Under the pieces are notes generated by a model, which saw only the letters and a program-made list of their open reading frames with translations, was not told the origin of the DNA and ran no database searches. Source: Takakia lepidozioides (lineage: Eukaryota; Plantae; Bryophyta). From it: a stretch of 64,000 bases of DNA. The stretch lies in NCBI GenBank assembly GCA_030704615.1, contig CM060732.1:39556001-39620000 (forward strand), given 5' to 3'. The translations under genes and the position numbers were made by a program. This document shows, one piece after another, positions 20,120-34,100 of this stretch. Position 1 is the first letter of the stretch. The number at the start of each line of letters is the position of its first letter.

Positions 20120-22336
20120 TCACTTTCCAGCGTGCTCATCCCACTTGAGAAGGCATTTTGCCGCGCGTTCTCCTACCTCAACATTGCCATGGATTTGGCA
20201 AGCACTGAGCAAGGTCCCCCACACAAAAGGTTCCGGTTCAATTGGCAATCTGTTAATGAAATCCTCTGCCTCATCCAATCGCCCTGCACGGCCAAGAAGG
20301 TCCACCATGCAACCAAAATGCTCCATCGTGGGAGTGAGGCCGTGATCTCGACTCATGGATTCGAAGTAGTGACAGCCTTCATCCACCAAGCCCACATGGC
20401 TGCATGCACAGAGAAGAGATATGAAGGTGATACCGTTTGGCTGCAAGCCTTCCTGTTGCATTTCCAGGAATAATTGTGGAACTTCACTACCACACCCATG
20501 CTGGGCACATCCTGCAATCATGGTGTTCCATGACACTACATCTCTTTCAGCTATTTTGTCGAACACTGCACGTGCATCTTGCATACTCCCACATTTGACA
20601 TACATGCCAAGAAGAGTATTCTCCAAAATTATAAATGACGGAATTCCACATTTCAGAATGTCAGCATGGACCTGCTTACCCTTTTCAAGCGTTCCTAGGC
20701 TGGCACAGGCATTGAGAATGCATATAAAAGTGACGCTGTCCGGGGTCATCCCTTGCCATTGCATTTGTTCATAAATCTCAAAAGCCTCCTTACTGCACCC
20801 ATGCAGTGCATATCCTGTGATCATCACACTCCATGACACAACATCTTGTTGACCCATGCTGTCAAAAACTTGATGTGCATGCTTCATGCTTCCACATTTG
20901 GCATACATGTCGAGAAGGGCATTCTCCAAATTAATATATGATGAAATTCCAGCCTTGATGATATTGCCATGGACCTCTTTACCCTTTCCCAGGGCTCCTC
21001 GGATGGTACACGCATTGAGGACACTAATGAACGTGACCTTGTTGGGCATCACCCCTTCCAGCTGCATTTGCTCATAGACCTGCAAAGCCTCCCTAGCACA
21101 CCCATGCTGAGCATATCCAGCAATCATGACATTCCATGAGACCACATCTCGTCTAGCCATATTGTCAAAGACTTGACATGCATCCTGCAGGCTCCCACAC
21201 TTGGCATACATGTCAACAAGGGTATTCTCTAAATTTATATATGGCGCCAATCCAGCTTTCCTGATGTCAGCATGAACTTCTCTTCCCTTTCCAAGGGATC
21301 CTAGACTGACACATGCATTGAGGACAGATATGAATGTGACTCGATCAGGTTTCAACCCTTCACGTTGCATTTGCTCATAGATCTTCAAAGCTTCCCCACC
21401 ACATCCATGCCGAGCATATCCAGCAATCACTGTGCTCCATGATACCACATTCCGTTCAGCCATATTATCGAACACTTGACATGCATCCTTCATACTGTTG
21501 CATTTTGCATACATGTTAACAAGGGAGTTCTCCAATTTTATATGCGCCGCAATTCCAGCTCTCAGGATGTCAGCATGGACCCCTTTGCCCTTTTCCAGGG
21601 ATCCTAGGCTACCACATGCATTAAGAACACAAATAAATGTAACCCTGTTGGGCAGTATCCTTTCCCCTTTCATGCGCTCATAAGTCTTGTAAGCCTCGCT
21701 ACCACACCCATGCTGAGCATATCCTGAAATCATGATGTTCCACGAGACCACATCTCGTCTATCCATATTGTTGAATACTAGAAGCGCATCCCTCATGCTC
21801 CTGCATTTGACATACATGTCGACAAGGTTGTTCTCCAGATTAATGTCTGACGTGAGTCCAGCTTTGATGACATCAGCATGTACCTCTTTGCCCTTTTCCA
21901 GGGCTCTCAGACTGGCACATACATTGAGAATGCAAATAAACGTGACTCTGTCAGGCGTCATCCCTTTAAGTCGCATTTGCTTATACATTTTGAAAGCCTC
22001 CATATCATATCCCTGCCTAGCATATTTTGCTATCATTAAGGAGAATTCCAAACCTATCTCTTTTGAATTAGAACCCTTCAATCCATCAAAACAATTCCCA
22101 TTGGATTCTTGGCCTAGACCTCCATGCTTTACATTTACATGATAACCATAATCATAGTGTGCTGGACCTTGTATCGTGGCAGCTAGTTCTGCTTTCACCC
22201 AGGGAGGGTTCGACCAACTCTTATTCCAAAGGCCCTCATTGGTACGCTTATGTCTAGAGTCTGGTATTCTTCGACTTCTCTGCAAAAGACACAAGTAGGC
22301 AGCTGAGAAGCCATTGCGTGAAGCAAAGCCTCGCAT
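20120..22336 (-). CDS. PLS-class pentatricopeptide repeat protein with E1 extension, no DYW; probable organellar RNA-editing/binding factor
   Basis: 738-aa intronless ORF. Arg/Ser-rich N-terminus, five P-L-S triplets, P2-L2-S2 (MEHFGCMVDLLGRAG) and E1 (VWGTLLSACQIHGNVE). Confidence 0.95.
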   Translation of the reverse strand: MRGFASRNGFSAAYLCLLQRSRRIPDSRHKRTNEGLWNKSWSNPPWVKAELAATIQGPAHYDYGYHVNVKHGGLGQESNGNCFDGLKGSNSKEIGLEFSLMIAKYARQGYDMEAFKMYKQMRLKGMTPDRVTFICILNVCASLRALEKGKEVHADVIKAGLTSDINLENNLVDMYVKCRSMRDALLVFNNMDRRDVVSWNIMISGYAQHGCGSEAYKTYERMKGERILPNRVTFICVLNACGSLGSLEKGKGVHADILRAGIAAHIKLENSLVNMYAKCNSMKDACQVFDNMAERNVVSWSTVIAGYARHGCGGEALKIYEQMQREGLKPDRVTFISVLNACVSLGSLGKGREVHADIRKAGLAPYINLENTLVDMYAKCGSLQDACQVFDNMARRDVVSWNVMIAGYAQHGCAREALQVYEQMQLEGVMPNKVTFISVLNACTIRGALGKGKEVHGNIIKAGISSYINLENALLDMYAKCGSMKHAHQVFDSMGQQDVVSWSVMITGYALHGCSKEAFEIYEQMQWQGMTPDSVTFICILNACASLGTLEKGKQVHADILKCGIPSFIILENTLLGMYVKCGSMQDARAVFDKIAERDVVSWNTMIAGCAQHGCGSEVPQLFLEMQQEGLQPNGITFISLLCACSHVGLVDEGCHYFESMSRDHGLTPTMEHFGCMVDLLGRAGRLDEAEDFINRLPIEPEPFVWGTLLSACQIHGNVEVGERAAKCLLKWDEHAGK

Positions 22337-23227
22337 AGCCTAGCTTACAATTACCTAAGTTACCAGCATCTTTCAAATAACAGGTATGAGCTCAGCTTAC
22401 TTTCATGCTGAGAGCGAAAATGAGAACCTGATATCTTAGCATATATAATACTGGTAACAATAGAGATAGCCTCACCGTAACAGACCTGTTGTCCCACAAC
22501 TGCGAAGGACCTGTCATGAACTGCTGCCAGAGCCATTCTCCGCTTATTGCTTGGCCTGCATGCAAAGACAACCAGAACAAACATCTTTAGTGGCTCTTTA
22601 TGCAGCATAATGCACCTGGCAGTGTAATCACAGCCACATGCATTGAGTTTTTGCTTGACAAGGGGCGCTGGATTACCACTGCTTCAGATATTTCGGCACA
22701 AAGGGGGGAGGGGAGGGAGCTCGACAAAGGTGCCGATTACAGCCTTGTATGACCATAATGTGACTGGGTGTGGTTTCTGTAGTAACCTGATCGCTGCGAC
22801 CCACACAGCTCAAAGTCCCAATATAATCAGCAAAGAGTTAAGTGTCTACACCCACCTTCCTTCGATTTCCCCCGAGGCTGGGGAGCCGTCATAGCCATCA
22901 CTTGCAAAGCTCCCGCTTCTGGCATTGCCAACTAGATGCCCAATTCACCTCCACAGCCTGACCCGTTAATCCGTTGCATCATAAGAGGCCTCCCGCCCTT
23001 TGATCACCGCAAAGAGAAGACACGGCCCTGGGTAGTTACTGCCTTTCAATCCACAGCGCTGCTAGCCAAGATCAAATGGGAGACAGATCGAAGAATCTAA
23101 GAGAGACAGGACAAGAGATGCTTCCCTGTGTGATGTATTCATCCATAAAAACTTTTATCCGTCCATTCATCTGTGCTTCTTCTTTCTGTTCTTCTCCTTT
23201 CCGTTGCAGGGAAGAGAGGCAGCGGCC

Positions 23228-23936
23228 ATGAAGACGGTGATAGGGAAGGTGGTGTCCAACAAGATGACCAAGTCGGTGGTGGTGGCTGTGCAGCGGCTGG
23301 TGAAGCACCCCATTTATCCCAAGGTCATGAAGAAAACCTCCAAATTCATGGCGCACGATGAGGACAACGCTTGCAACATTGGCGATGAGGTTGGGTCCCC
23401 CCCCCCTCCCCTCCCCTCCCCCCTTCAGAGATGCAGAAGTGGTTCTACAAAGAGTACTGCAGAGGTTTGACTTAAGCTTTCCAAAACCGCAGCTGAAACG
23501 TTCAACTCTGGATCCTGAACCCTTTAGCATTAGGACGAGGTGCAATATTCCGTCCCAGAGCTTTCATACCAGTATTGCTTTTGAAAATGAAGCAAGGTTT
23601 ACATGAGATTCACCTCCAATATCTCCTGATTGGTGTCCTTTCATGTCACCCCTGAGAGTTTTATAAAACCCTCAAACTCAACTGTATGATACCCATGAAT
23701 CTGTTGGCAAGAGGACGACGTGAAATGTTTTTGTTGTTATCGCACTCCATTGCCTGAAAGTGCTACGTGCGGATTTGCAGGTGAGGTTACAATCATCACG
23801 GCCTTTGAGTAAGCGAAAACACTGGATTGTGTCAGACATTATCAGAAGAGTGCGCATTTTTGAGGCCCCTAAGATTTCGAAAGGGACTGCAGCAGCGACT
23901 CCCTTTGAACCAACCACTACAGGGCAGCCATCGTGA
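23228..23936 (+). CDS. RPS17: Ribosomal protein uS17, mitochondrial type (2 exons: 23228-23389, 23781-23936)
   Basis: [54 protein letters not shown]|[21 protein letters not shown]... with a GT-AG intron, 105 aa, and no long plastid transit peptide. Confidence 0.92.
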
Positions 23937-25195
23937 AGTTGGCTGTGGTGTTAATCAGTCTCTCGGATTGACTAGTCTTCTACCTCCACCCTTGATATAG
24001 AATCGATGGGGTCCCTCTCTTTGGCAGATCTGTTTGATTCTCATTGCATTTTGGAGATGTCATACACCCGATGCTTTTGATCCTACTCAACTTGGTGTTA
24101 ACTCTGTTGCCCTACAAGAATCGGGAATCTATTACACACTGGAGTTCCAGATATGGATCTAGTGGGCTCAGATCTGGTGAGGATCGAAACAGGGTTGCCA
24201 TTTTATTGGACCCAGCTTATTGCAGTGGAAGTTACTGACTGTGAATATCACATCTACATGGTGTTTTGTACAAGTCAAGTCTTCCTCTCTTACTTGTTGG
24301 AAATTCATGCTTCTATGCCCCGAAGCAAGTTAGTAAGCCCAGTCTTAGCTTGCTTCACGTTACCTTTTCCTGATATAAAACCATGCCATCAAAGGCACTC
24401 GTTTTGGGCCCCCCCCCCTTGTCTCTCCCTCTCTCTCTGTGGCACAGGGTCTATGGCCACAAGGCTACAGCAAACATGCACATTCTCTCTTTTATTAGCT
24501 ATTGGGAATGCTCCAAATCTCAAACCCTCAACCCTTCTGCTCCCAAGGTAGAATGGCAACACTTGCAGTTCTGGTTGATTTCATGTCAGAGTGGCTAGCT
24601 CAGTTTTCAGGTTAGCTGAGTTTCTACCACTGGCACCCATGTTGGTTTAACCTTGCTAGTGGCAAACCAACTTGGCAATGATTGAGTTCGAAATGGTGAC
24701 CCTCTTTGGTTTCATGGATGTCTAATGAACCTATGTCATAGATCATGTCGCCTTCAAGCTGTAATCACCGTACCTTTTCTTTCCACTGTGGGGACTTGTT
24801 CTTCTGTTATTCCATTTCCATCAACTGTAGATTTTGGGGATTTCTGGGAGTTCTTGGAATTATGTCTGGCTTCTGTTTCTCTTTACATAGCCTTGGTTGT
24901 GTTGCAAGAGTCACAGCATTCTGGAAGTTGGAAGCACAGATAAAAGTAGTTACTGGTAATATCTTCTGACATGGCCAGCATATTTTGTTTAGTGGTCAAA
25001 TCCGGTAGCTAGTGCTAAGCCAGATTAATCTTATCCCTGCCCACAGCTTTAGTGTGAAGCTAGAGTATCATCAAAACATGTGAATCCTTTTGGTAGATAT
25101 TATAATGAGTTTTGATAATTAGAAGTTGCAATGACCAAAATTGCAGCCCCGAGTTTATTGTGGAATATGCTGTCAAAAGGTTTTATGGTGTGTTT

Positions 25196-28100
25196 CTATG
25201 AAGGTTTGTTGCTAATGGCTTCTTGATCTTCAAGAGGATTCGATATTGCCTTAATGTCATCCACAACCACAACTTGGAGGCACATTGGGCACACCTTCTC
25301 TACTTCAATAACCTGCCAAAGAAAATAGCGGTACTGAGAAATTAGCTGTATGGAATCCCAAGCCTTACCAAAGTGCCTCGGGTCAACACTCCAACTGAGG
25401 TGTTACAAGCAGAATGAGAGATGGGACACATGTTCATCCTCATTCACTCAGTTGGAAAATCTAGTAATATGTGGATAAGAATCAAAAGCGTGTGAATGGT
25501 AGCAAGCCCTGACCTTGATGAACTCCTTCATAAGAGCAGGAAACTGGCAATGTGGGCACTGGCTCCAGTTTCCAAGCACCATGTGCCGCCCAGTTGCAAC
25601 ACAAAACTGTTGATTGACAGCCATGGCAAGGAATGTATGTCAAGAGTCACTAAATGCAAAATCTAATTATTACATCCTTTCCCCTCTCTCTCTCTACCCA
25701 ACTGGGAAAAAGGGAACCCACACATCTGATCATTGGGCAGGATGGTGAGGATGTCTGGTGCATTACGAAGGGTAGTCTGTCAAACATAGACCTGCTTCAA
25801 AAGCATCAGCACACTCAGTTCGTTTGGTCTCAATATTATATGCTTATCAATCTGGTTAGATGCTTTCTGGAAAAATCCTGAAGGCCCCACCATCATTTCA
25901 TGGGTACAGATAAGTCTCACACTGGAGCCAGATTTTCTGAGGGCAGTGCCCCCATATCTCCTTTCCTCTCTCACCCCTTTGGCTGATTGGGTCCCTGAAT
26001 ATAGCCCACGAACCTATTGCAAGCAAAGCCTTAGTACCCAGAACACAGGAAGATGGATGTTGCTGCGGTTGAGATCGATAGTGGCATCTCATAACTGTGC
26101 GGATCTTTGGACACAAAATACTGGCTGCCAAGAAGGGAGTATGAGGAGGCCATAATCCACGAAACCCCTGGAAGAAATACTCAAGAGAGGGTGTGTTACA
26201 GGGATAGTGCATTGGCACGCAGGACAGTCGAGCTGTGTCTCTGGAATTGCCAGAGAGCAAGTGGGACATGGCGCCAAGGGCTCCTCCTCTTCTGATTTCT
26301 CAGGCTTGCGTACAATGTTCTCAATCTTGCGCTTATATGCCGCTGATATGGAGGTTCTGTGGAGAATCAGGTTGACATTGTCATAGAAGAAGAAAGAATG
26401 AAAGAAGAAACCTCATAACATGCACAGTAAGCTCTCGGATGAGGGAAAGTGAGAAATCAGGACAGAAAAGTTGGGCCCCGTAAAAGTGGGAACCCCACCA
26501 ACCAGTCAGCCAGAAGAAAATTTTCCAGTGCCAGCTTAAATGGTCCATGGGACACAGTAGAACGACAAGGTAGAAGCACTGAAATGAAAGACCAAATTGG
26601 ATGGAGTAGCAGAGATGGACACCTTATCAAACACGCAAGCAACATTGTGGTGCAAGTAGAGGTCCTTTGAAGATGAGATCGAGGAATGGTACCTGAATTC
26701 AGGGCGCATAAGCATAGATGCATACTCAAATGCGGTTTTCTTGAGACCAGAACGCTGGCACTCAATCACTGTGGAGATGAGAATTGGGGTCACATGCGCT
26801 GGAAACTTGCTTATGTGACGTGCAACTCTGATCAGCATCCGAGAACTTGAACTGCCGCCAAATCCGTGTCAAGATGCACACACGACATGATTGGAACACT
26901 ACACAAGAGGGACAAAGAAATGGAATATACATTCATACTTTGGGGGAGGCCCAAACTGTTGAAGTGAAATAGTTAGAAGAACAAGAATAAAATTCTTGTG
27001 GATTTAATAGGTCTTGTTCTCTCTCTCTCCCGGTCTCCCAGGATTACTTCAAAAGGAGAACAAAATACGCAGAGCTTATGAGACCAAAAACAGAACACCC
27101 AGACCACGAACACTCTTATATCAAACAAACAAGAACAACCAGACATGATGACTACTGGCCAGCGAGTCCTGAAGCGGTAGGGCTTCATGCAGGTAAGCTC
27201 TCATTGAACATTTCCTGTGCCCATTAGCCATAATGTGCATGCCCACATAGGCTATATAGGACTAGTGCACCCAATACTGCCGGGATTGGATGTTGATTAT
27301 GGCTGGCACTAGCATCATGCACTGCTTCGATAGCCCACTAGGTTATGGGGGTAGTGTTAGCTAGTCAGAATGGTAGCACACTATACACACAGAAGGGGCA
27401 AACGAGTGGTACTGGAGGGGGGCAGATTAGAGTCCATCTGTTATTTTTGTCACTCCAGATAGGTTATTTTCTTAATTCTATCTTGACAGCCATGACCCAT
27501 TTGCATCTTCCACAAATGATGTTACTTTCTGAGATACAGAAACGTTGCTGATAAAATGGGTTGCTGCCAATTGAGGAAAAAGCCCACCGATGGTCGTTCA
27601 GACGGATTAGAGTTTTGACAAGGATGTAGGAGTGCAGGAGCATGAGTTGCTTGGAGAGCTCCAGGGGCACTCGTCGCTGCTGCGCCTGCAGCACCTTGCA
27701 GAAATCTAGCAGCTGCTGGTGAGCCATCTTGTAATTCCCCATCTCCTGCCCCCATCATTGTCCTCCCATCAACAATGTGATTTCGGACCTCCCCATGGTT
27801 CTTTGTTGGGTGTATGAATGACACCCTTCATTTATCCTTCACATCCAAAAGAGCAAACCAAAAAGTAATACAGGTTCTGAACCTGCTCCTGGTGTGCAAT
27901 CAAAAGCGCAGCCTTGGTGGCCTGATCATAGTTGCCCAAAACAGTGTGGAGGCGGAAAAGATACTGCGGTCCTTTCTCAACGCCCTCCATCTCTCCCATT
28001 AGATAGTCCAGCAGCTGACTTGTCAGTGCATCACATCGCAGCCTTCCCACCATGTCGATAGCCTGCACCCCCAGACAACCACCCCTCCTTTGGGCCCAGC

Positions 28101-31100
28101 CACCAAATGTGCACAAGGGAAGCAGGCTTGTGTGGGTTCCTGGGCATGAGCAAATTGTACCAGGCACAGCTATATCTGAGGTTCTGCTGTGATTGTTCCA
28201 TCATGCCCCTTGGGCCTCCAGTAGTCACAAAAGGATTCTTTTGTTCTTTCTGTCTTCCGGGAGGTGGGCACAGCAACCACAGTCCAACAAGCAAAAGTCT
28301 CGACGACAACTTTATCCATCTGTGCAAGCTCTCCCTACTGTGTTTTTCTACCATGCCAATGGGCCCTTTTGCCTCCCCAGGACGTAAAAGATTACTTTCT
28401 TTCCACTGTCTATTCCGTGGGACTCAATCTCTCACTGATTTTTTGGGAAAGCTCAAAAAGCTGGTGGGACAAAATGGAAGAAAACACAAGAGAGAGGAGA
28501 TCGCAGACGTTACAAGGTACCATCTCATTTCATTTCATTTCATTTCTTGCTGTTCTCTCTCCACATGTACATACACAGCTATCCAAGCATGGCATACTGG
28601 ACCCTGTGAGCGACTGGTTGGTTAGTATATCTCTCTCTCCAAAACCAGAGTGAATAGCGTGGATACAATCAACTAATAGGACCCAGATATGTACATGATC
28701 AATTGCAGTTGCAGTGCCCCAGTGTAAATAAAGGCGGAGAGCCTGCTTGGTTTCCCCACATCGCTCAAAAAGCCCAGTTGCCTTCTCATATTTTTCCACT
28801 GTCTCATAGTACCTGCTTGTTGAAACACAACGCCAGCATGGCTAGGGTATCCAATTGAAATTTTCTCAAGGTACTTCAGAACGTTCTTAAACCAGACCCA
28901 CGAGACTTGATTTTGTGTCTGGTGGAGTTCTTGGGTGCAAGTATTTGGTCAGTGGGGGGTACTGAGTACTGATGACCACATCCAGATATGAATTGGAATC
29001 ACAGAGTATAATTTGGAATGAAAAGTAGATACAAGAGAAGCACCTGGCTAACTTAAGGAGTTCATCTTTGGAGGCCACATCTTTGACAAGCTCGGTATAC
29101 ACATCCATCTTATCATGTTGCTGTGCCAATTCACTCGCTTCTTGTGTCCTACATCTCCGTCACCCATTCCACCGAACATCTGTTATCTCGAGGTCCAATA
29201 TATCAGTTGTACTTTCTTTAAAGTTCCTGAAGTATATGGCTTCAGGCGGACTCGATGCCTCTCTTTAGGGATTCCTTGAGCCTCGCTAAAGCCCTAGTAG
29301 TTTACCTGCATGGGGCACATTCTGGACATCCTGTGCATGGGGATTTTTCCTTTCTTTCTTTCTCTTTCTCTCTTTCTCTCAAAAATGCAGGCTTCAAACA
29401 ATCCTGGTATGCTCATGTGGATACCTTTTTTGAACGCCATGGACTCTCTATTGCTTCACTTTTGCCAGTGAACCCAGAAGGGGTGATCATCACATCCAAG
29501 CACGACCGCAACCAACTCATCAGAAAGGAGTTCATGGAGCTACATGTCAGGAGAACTTGGAAGTTACCCAACCTCACGACAAAGCTCCATTTCTATCGAG
29601 AAACATTCCTGGTTCTCCGAGATGATAGAATCTTGCGGCCCAATTACTTTTCGGCCTCTTTATCTCCTTCTCTCCTGAGGGCTTTGGGGCGGTTCAGGGT
29701 GGGCTCCCACAACCTACGGATAGAGACTGGCATATGGGAAAACCTGCAGCGGGAGGACCGCCAGCTTGCACAGGGCGCAACCAGGAAATTGAAACTGAAG
29801 ATCACTTCTTCTTCTATTCCCCCCTATACTATGAGATACGTGGGAGATTCCATTGTCTATTCCGTGGAACCCAATCTCTCACTGAGGTCTTTCACTCTGA
29901 AGATCAGAAATGTTTGGCAGCCTACCTGCACGAGGCCTTCACCCTTAGACAATCACTAGAACATTAGTTCTTATCTCTCTGGCTTCCTGTTTTCTCTCAT
30001 GCTTTTCTTTCCATTTTGTCCCATAAGCTCTATGAGCTTTCCAAGGAGGTTATAAAGCACCATTTCATTTCATTTCATTTCTCTTCTCAGTTTCTTTCAA
30101 GCCTCCACTCCCCCATGTCTTGGTCCAAACTCCAAACGTCAAAGGACTTTCGACGAAGATGGAGACTTGCCTACACCCTCGGCCCATCCGGGCACCTTTG
30201 TCCTTGCATCTGATGAGCTTCTATCGCGCCCTTGTGCCCGAGCCTGTTTGACTTGAGAAAGTTGAGCCCGCATGGCAATGTATTGCATGGGTCAAATCGT
30301 CGTTGAGGTACATTCCTTGTCCTCTCAATTGATCTAAGTACCCCATCCCCGGCACCTTTGTTCTCGAGTCAAGCAGGCTCGGGCAGAGGGGCACTATAGA
30401 AGGGCGACGTTGCTGTCGAATGATGACCCTCCCATCTCTATAAACAGTAGGCATGCCAAAGGGGTACTACGCAGTCTACATAATGAGATGGGAGGGTTTA
30501 CAGAAAGGCTGATCGATAGGCTGATATGAGATTTAGGGTTTCCTTTCCTAAAGCTACGGAAATGTCGCCAATTCACTTCTGGCTCGTCGCCGTCGTGGGA
30601 GAGCGGGAGGGCGTCTGGCACTAAGGGAGCTCTCATCATGGCGGGATGGAGTCGTGCCATTCCACTCTTGAATTTGTAAGGTGCCTGCAGAAGAGGTGCA
30701 GAAGAGGTTGGTTGCCCTTTCCCCAGGAACTGTCGGAACCCTCCTTCTGTTTCCACATCTTTGAAGAGTTATAGCCCTTTATGTGACACCAAATGTACCG
30801 TTGTTCTTCCCAGGTACATTTGGTGTCACATCAAGGGCTATAATCCTCAACCAAACATTTTATTGGCGGGATGTTATTTGCCCTGGCTGCATCTCCACAC
30901 AGTGACCTTCACATGCAGACAAATCCGCCGAATATGTCCCATCTCTGCACTCCCACACATAGACATATGGTTGGAGATGTCAACGGCCGCACGCGCCAAC
31001 CTTAGACCCCACGGACTGTCTACACATCCAACACTCACATACAGCCTTGGAGAGGCAAAGTGCGGATGTCTCTAGTGAAATCACAAGTTATGGTCACCCT

Positions 31101-34100
31101 CTAGTTTCGTGAGGTTCAAGTGCTTGTCACCTACAATGGCAGTACCAACTACAAATCCTCGAGTCAATTTACCTGCCACACGGACAAAGGCCACATGGGC
31201 AAAGGACAGAGCATGGTTGACTATCTGTTGGGGAGCTTTAACACAACGGACAGGGTTAGCTCCTTTTACATTACGACGAACCCGGCTGGATTCTGATCAC
31301 TCTTGCCTTTCCTTTGCAATTCCTTCCATCTCTTACCCTGAATCCTCCGCTTCTCTCCTTTCAAAACCCACGCATTCGCTCCCTTCACTCACTTACACTT
31401 ACACGACGCGGAATATGAAACATGCCTAACGTCAATCCTCCCCTCCATTATGAATCTACCATTTACTAATGACAAGGCTTCATATCTCACACACGCTCTT
31501 TGGGACTCAGACCTGCGATCCTTCCCAGTCAACCTCCCATCTACCTCCTCACCTTTCTCCACTTACAGATATGCACCATTCTATGGCGAAGAATGAAAAG
31601 CTGCTAGATGTCACATAAAATCTGTACTCCTTCATATCCATTCTTCTCCAGATTCCAAAAACCTAGCTTTCAAGCTCCTCATTAGATCCAAAAACAGAGC
31701 CTACACTCTCAAGCTATAATCTACTTTCAAAGGTCAGGCTTTCTCCTCGTTCCTTTTGGTCCCTCCTTACACCTCACAGAGACCCACCACCAATCACTGA
31801 CATTCACGTCTGGCATGAGTATGCTCTGTCATTGTATCACTCCCCAAGCCAATCTCCCTTTCCCATAACCTCCAAACCCCTACACTACTCTTTCTTTGCT
31901 ACAGCTAATCTTAACAAGGCAGTCAAGAAGTTGCAACATGGTAGGGCATTGGATATATTAAGGCTACACAGTGAATTCATCAAGCACACAGCAACAACTT
32001 CGGCCCCATTTATTGCACACCTCTTCAATGAAGCAATGCAACATGGCTTTCCAACAGAGTGGACATAGCATCGTCCACCTGCATTAGGGTCAAACAGGGC
32101 TGCCCCCTCTCACCTACCCTTTTCGGGATCTACATTGACGCTTTGGAGGGTTACATCTCAAAAAACCATGGAGTTGGGGTGCCGTTGGATGGGGGACCAA
32201 CTTAATCAGATCTCTACGCTGATGCCCTCTTGGCACAATCTCTTGTCTTCCTGCAACGCCATCTTCACATCCTGGAAGAGTTCTCCAAAGACTATGGGTT
32301 GCAAGGTCAATCTTAGCAAAACTAAGATCATGGTTTTTTAATGGCCAGGCGGATCGCAGATTCATCTTCAACCAACAGGAAATTGCGATTGTCAAATCAT
32401 ACCAATACCTGAGTCTGGTTACCCACTCTCCCAAATTCCATTTTGCATCAACTGCCCTCAACAGATTAATGAGGGCAAGGCTGCCTCCATCCGCCTTCAG
32501 GCCAAATGCAACCAGATATATCTTTGCCACTCCCCAACCAAAAAGTGGCTACTTGAGAGCGTTGTCACCCGGCCGCCACTTATGGTTGTGAGTTTTGGGC
32601 ACCTGGGGTCCCAGTTTCCTGGTGGGAAAAAAATCTGGATCATTGCAGTCATCTTTTCTCCAAGCAACGCTTGGCGCCAGAGGCACAACTCCATTTCACA
32701 TCCTATGTGCAGAGTTTGCATGCGTGCCACTTCAAACCGAGGCGCTCTTCCGGCTTACAATCTTTAAAAAAAGGTTACAAGCCCTCCCACCCAAGGGGCT
32801 GGTGGCACGAGCCCTCGCAACATCTATTAGGCTCAAACAGCAGGTTTCAAGCACTCCTGGTATGCTCGAGTGTGCAGTTTTTTTTTAGCGCAATGGACTC
32901 TCTATTGCTAAAAAACCCAGAAGGGGTGGAAATCACATCCAAACAGGATCGCAACAGACTCATTACAAGGGAACTTATGGAACTACGTCAGGTGAACTTG
33001 GAAGCTACTCAATCTCACAAACAAAACTCCATTTCTATTGAGAGACATTCTTGGTTCTCCGTGATGATAGAATCTTGCGGCACCTTTATCTCCTTCCCTC
33101 CTAAGGGCATTGGGGCAGTTCAGGGTGGGCTCCCACAATCTACGGATAGAGACTGGTAGATGGGAAAATCTGCAACGGGAGGACCGCCTATGCCCAGCTT
33201 GAACCGGGCGCAACCAGGAAATTGAAACTTAAGAACACTTTTATTGCCCCCTATATTATGAGATCTGTGGGAGATTCCACTGTCTACTCCGTGGAACTCA
33301 ATCTCACTGAAGTCTTCCACTATGAGGATAAGAAATGCTTGGCATCTTACTTGCACAAGGCCTTGATCCTTAGACAGTCCCTCGAGCAGTAATTGTTTTT
33401 TGGCTCTGGTTTTTTTCCCTCTTGTTTTTATCCATTTTGTCCCATAAGCTCTTTGAGCTTTCCGCGATGGTATAAAGTACCATTTCATTTCATTTCATTT
33501 CATTTCATTTCTTCCACACAAATACAGACATCTGAGAAGAGAAAAAGAAAAAAAGAAAAAAAAAGAGCTGGCTACAAGTTTGTCATTGTCACCTCTTCTG
33601 CATGATAAGAAACTCAATAGCATTTTCATAATCGCCAGTGTTCTTACAAAACTTGGCTGCCATAGCTGCCCCTTCCAGTGACCTTGTCTGTCACATGGAC
33701 CACACCAATAAGATACGGCTTATGAAGAACCAACAGGTGAAAAGGATAAATGATTGGCAGGTCTGAAAAAGATAATTTGTGCTGAAGGAATTCTATGCTT
33801 GCAGTAGCTTTAGAAATAGATTGTACAGTAATGTCTGACACCATCGACTGAACTTGACCATCACAATCTCCCAACTGCAGCACTGGGCATGACAAAAAAA
33901 TGTATTCCAATATGTGATATTCACCTTGTGCAGAATGGAGAAAGCTTTGAGAGGATTTTTCAGCGGTCCCAGTTGCAATCGCACCGCGTTGTCAATATCC
34001 TGATAACACAACTGCTTTGTTGTTAGCATTGACTATCACAGCTGCTGTCAGGATGTCAAGACCTATCTGAGCTTGTTTCAGCGCCTCTCTAAGTAGTAGG

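Noticed and set aside
20132-22142. Several plus-strand ORFs over the PPR gene
   Set aside because: Antisense shadows of the repetitive PPR coding sequence.
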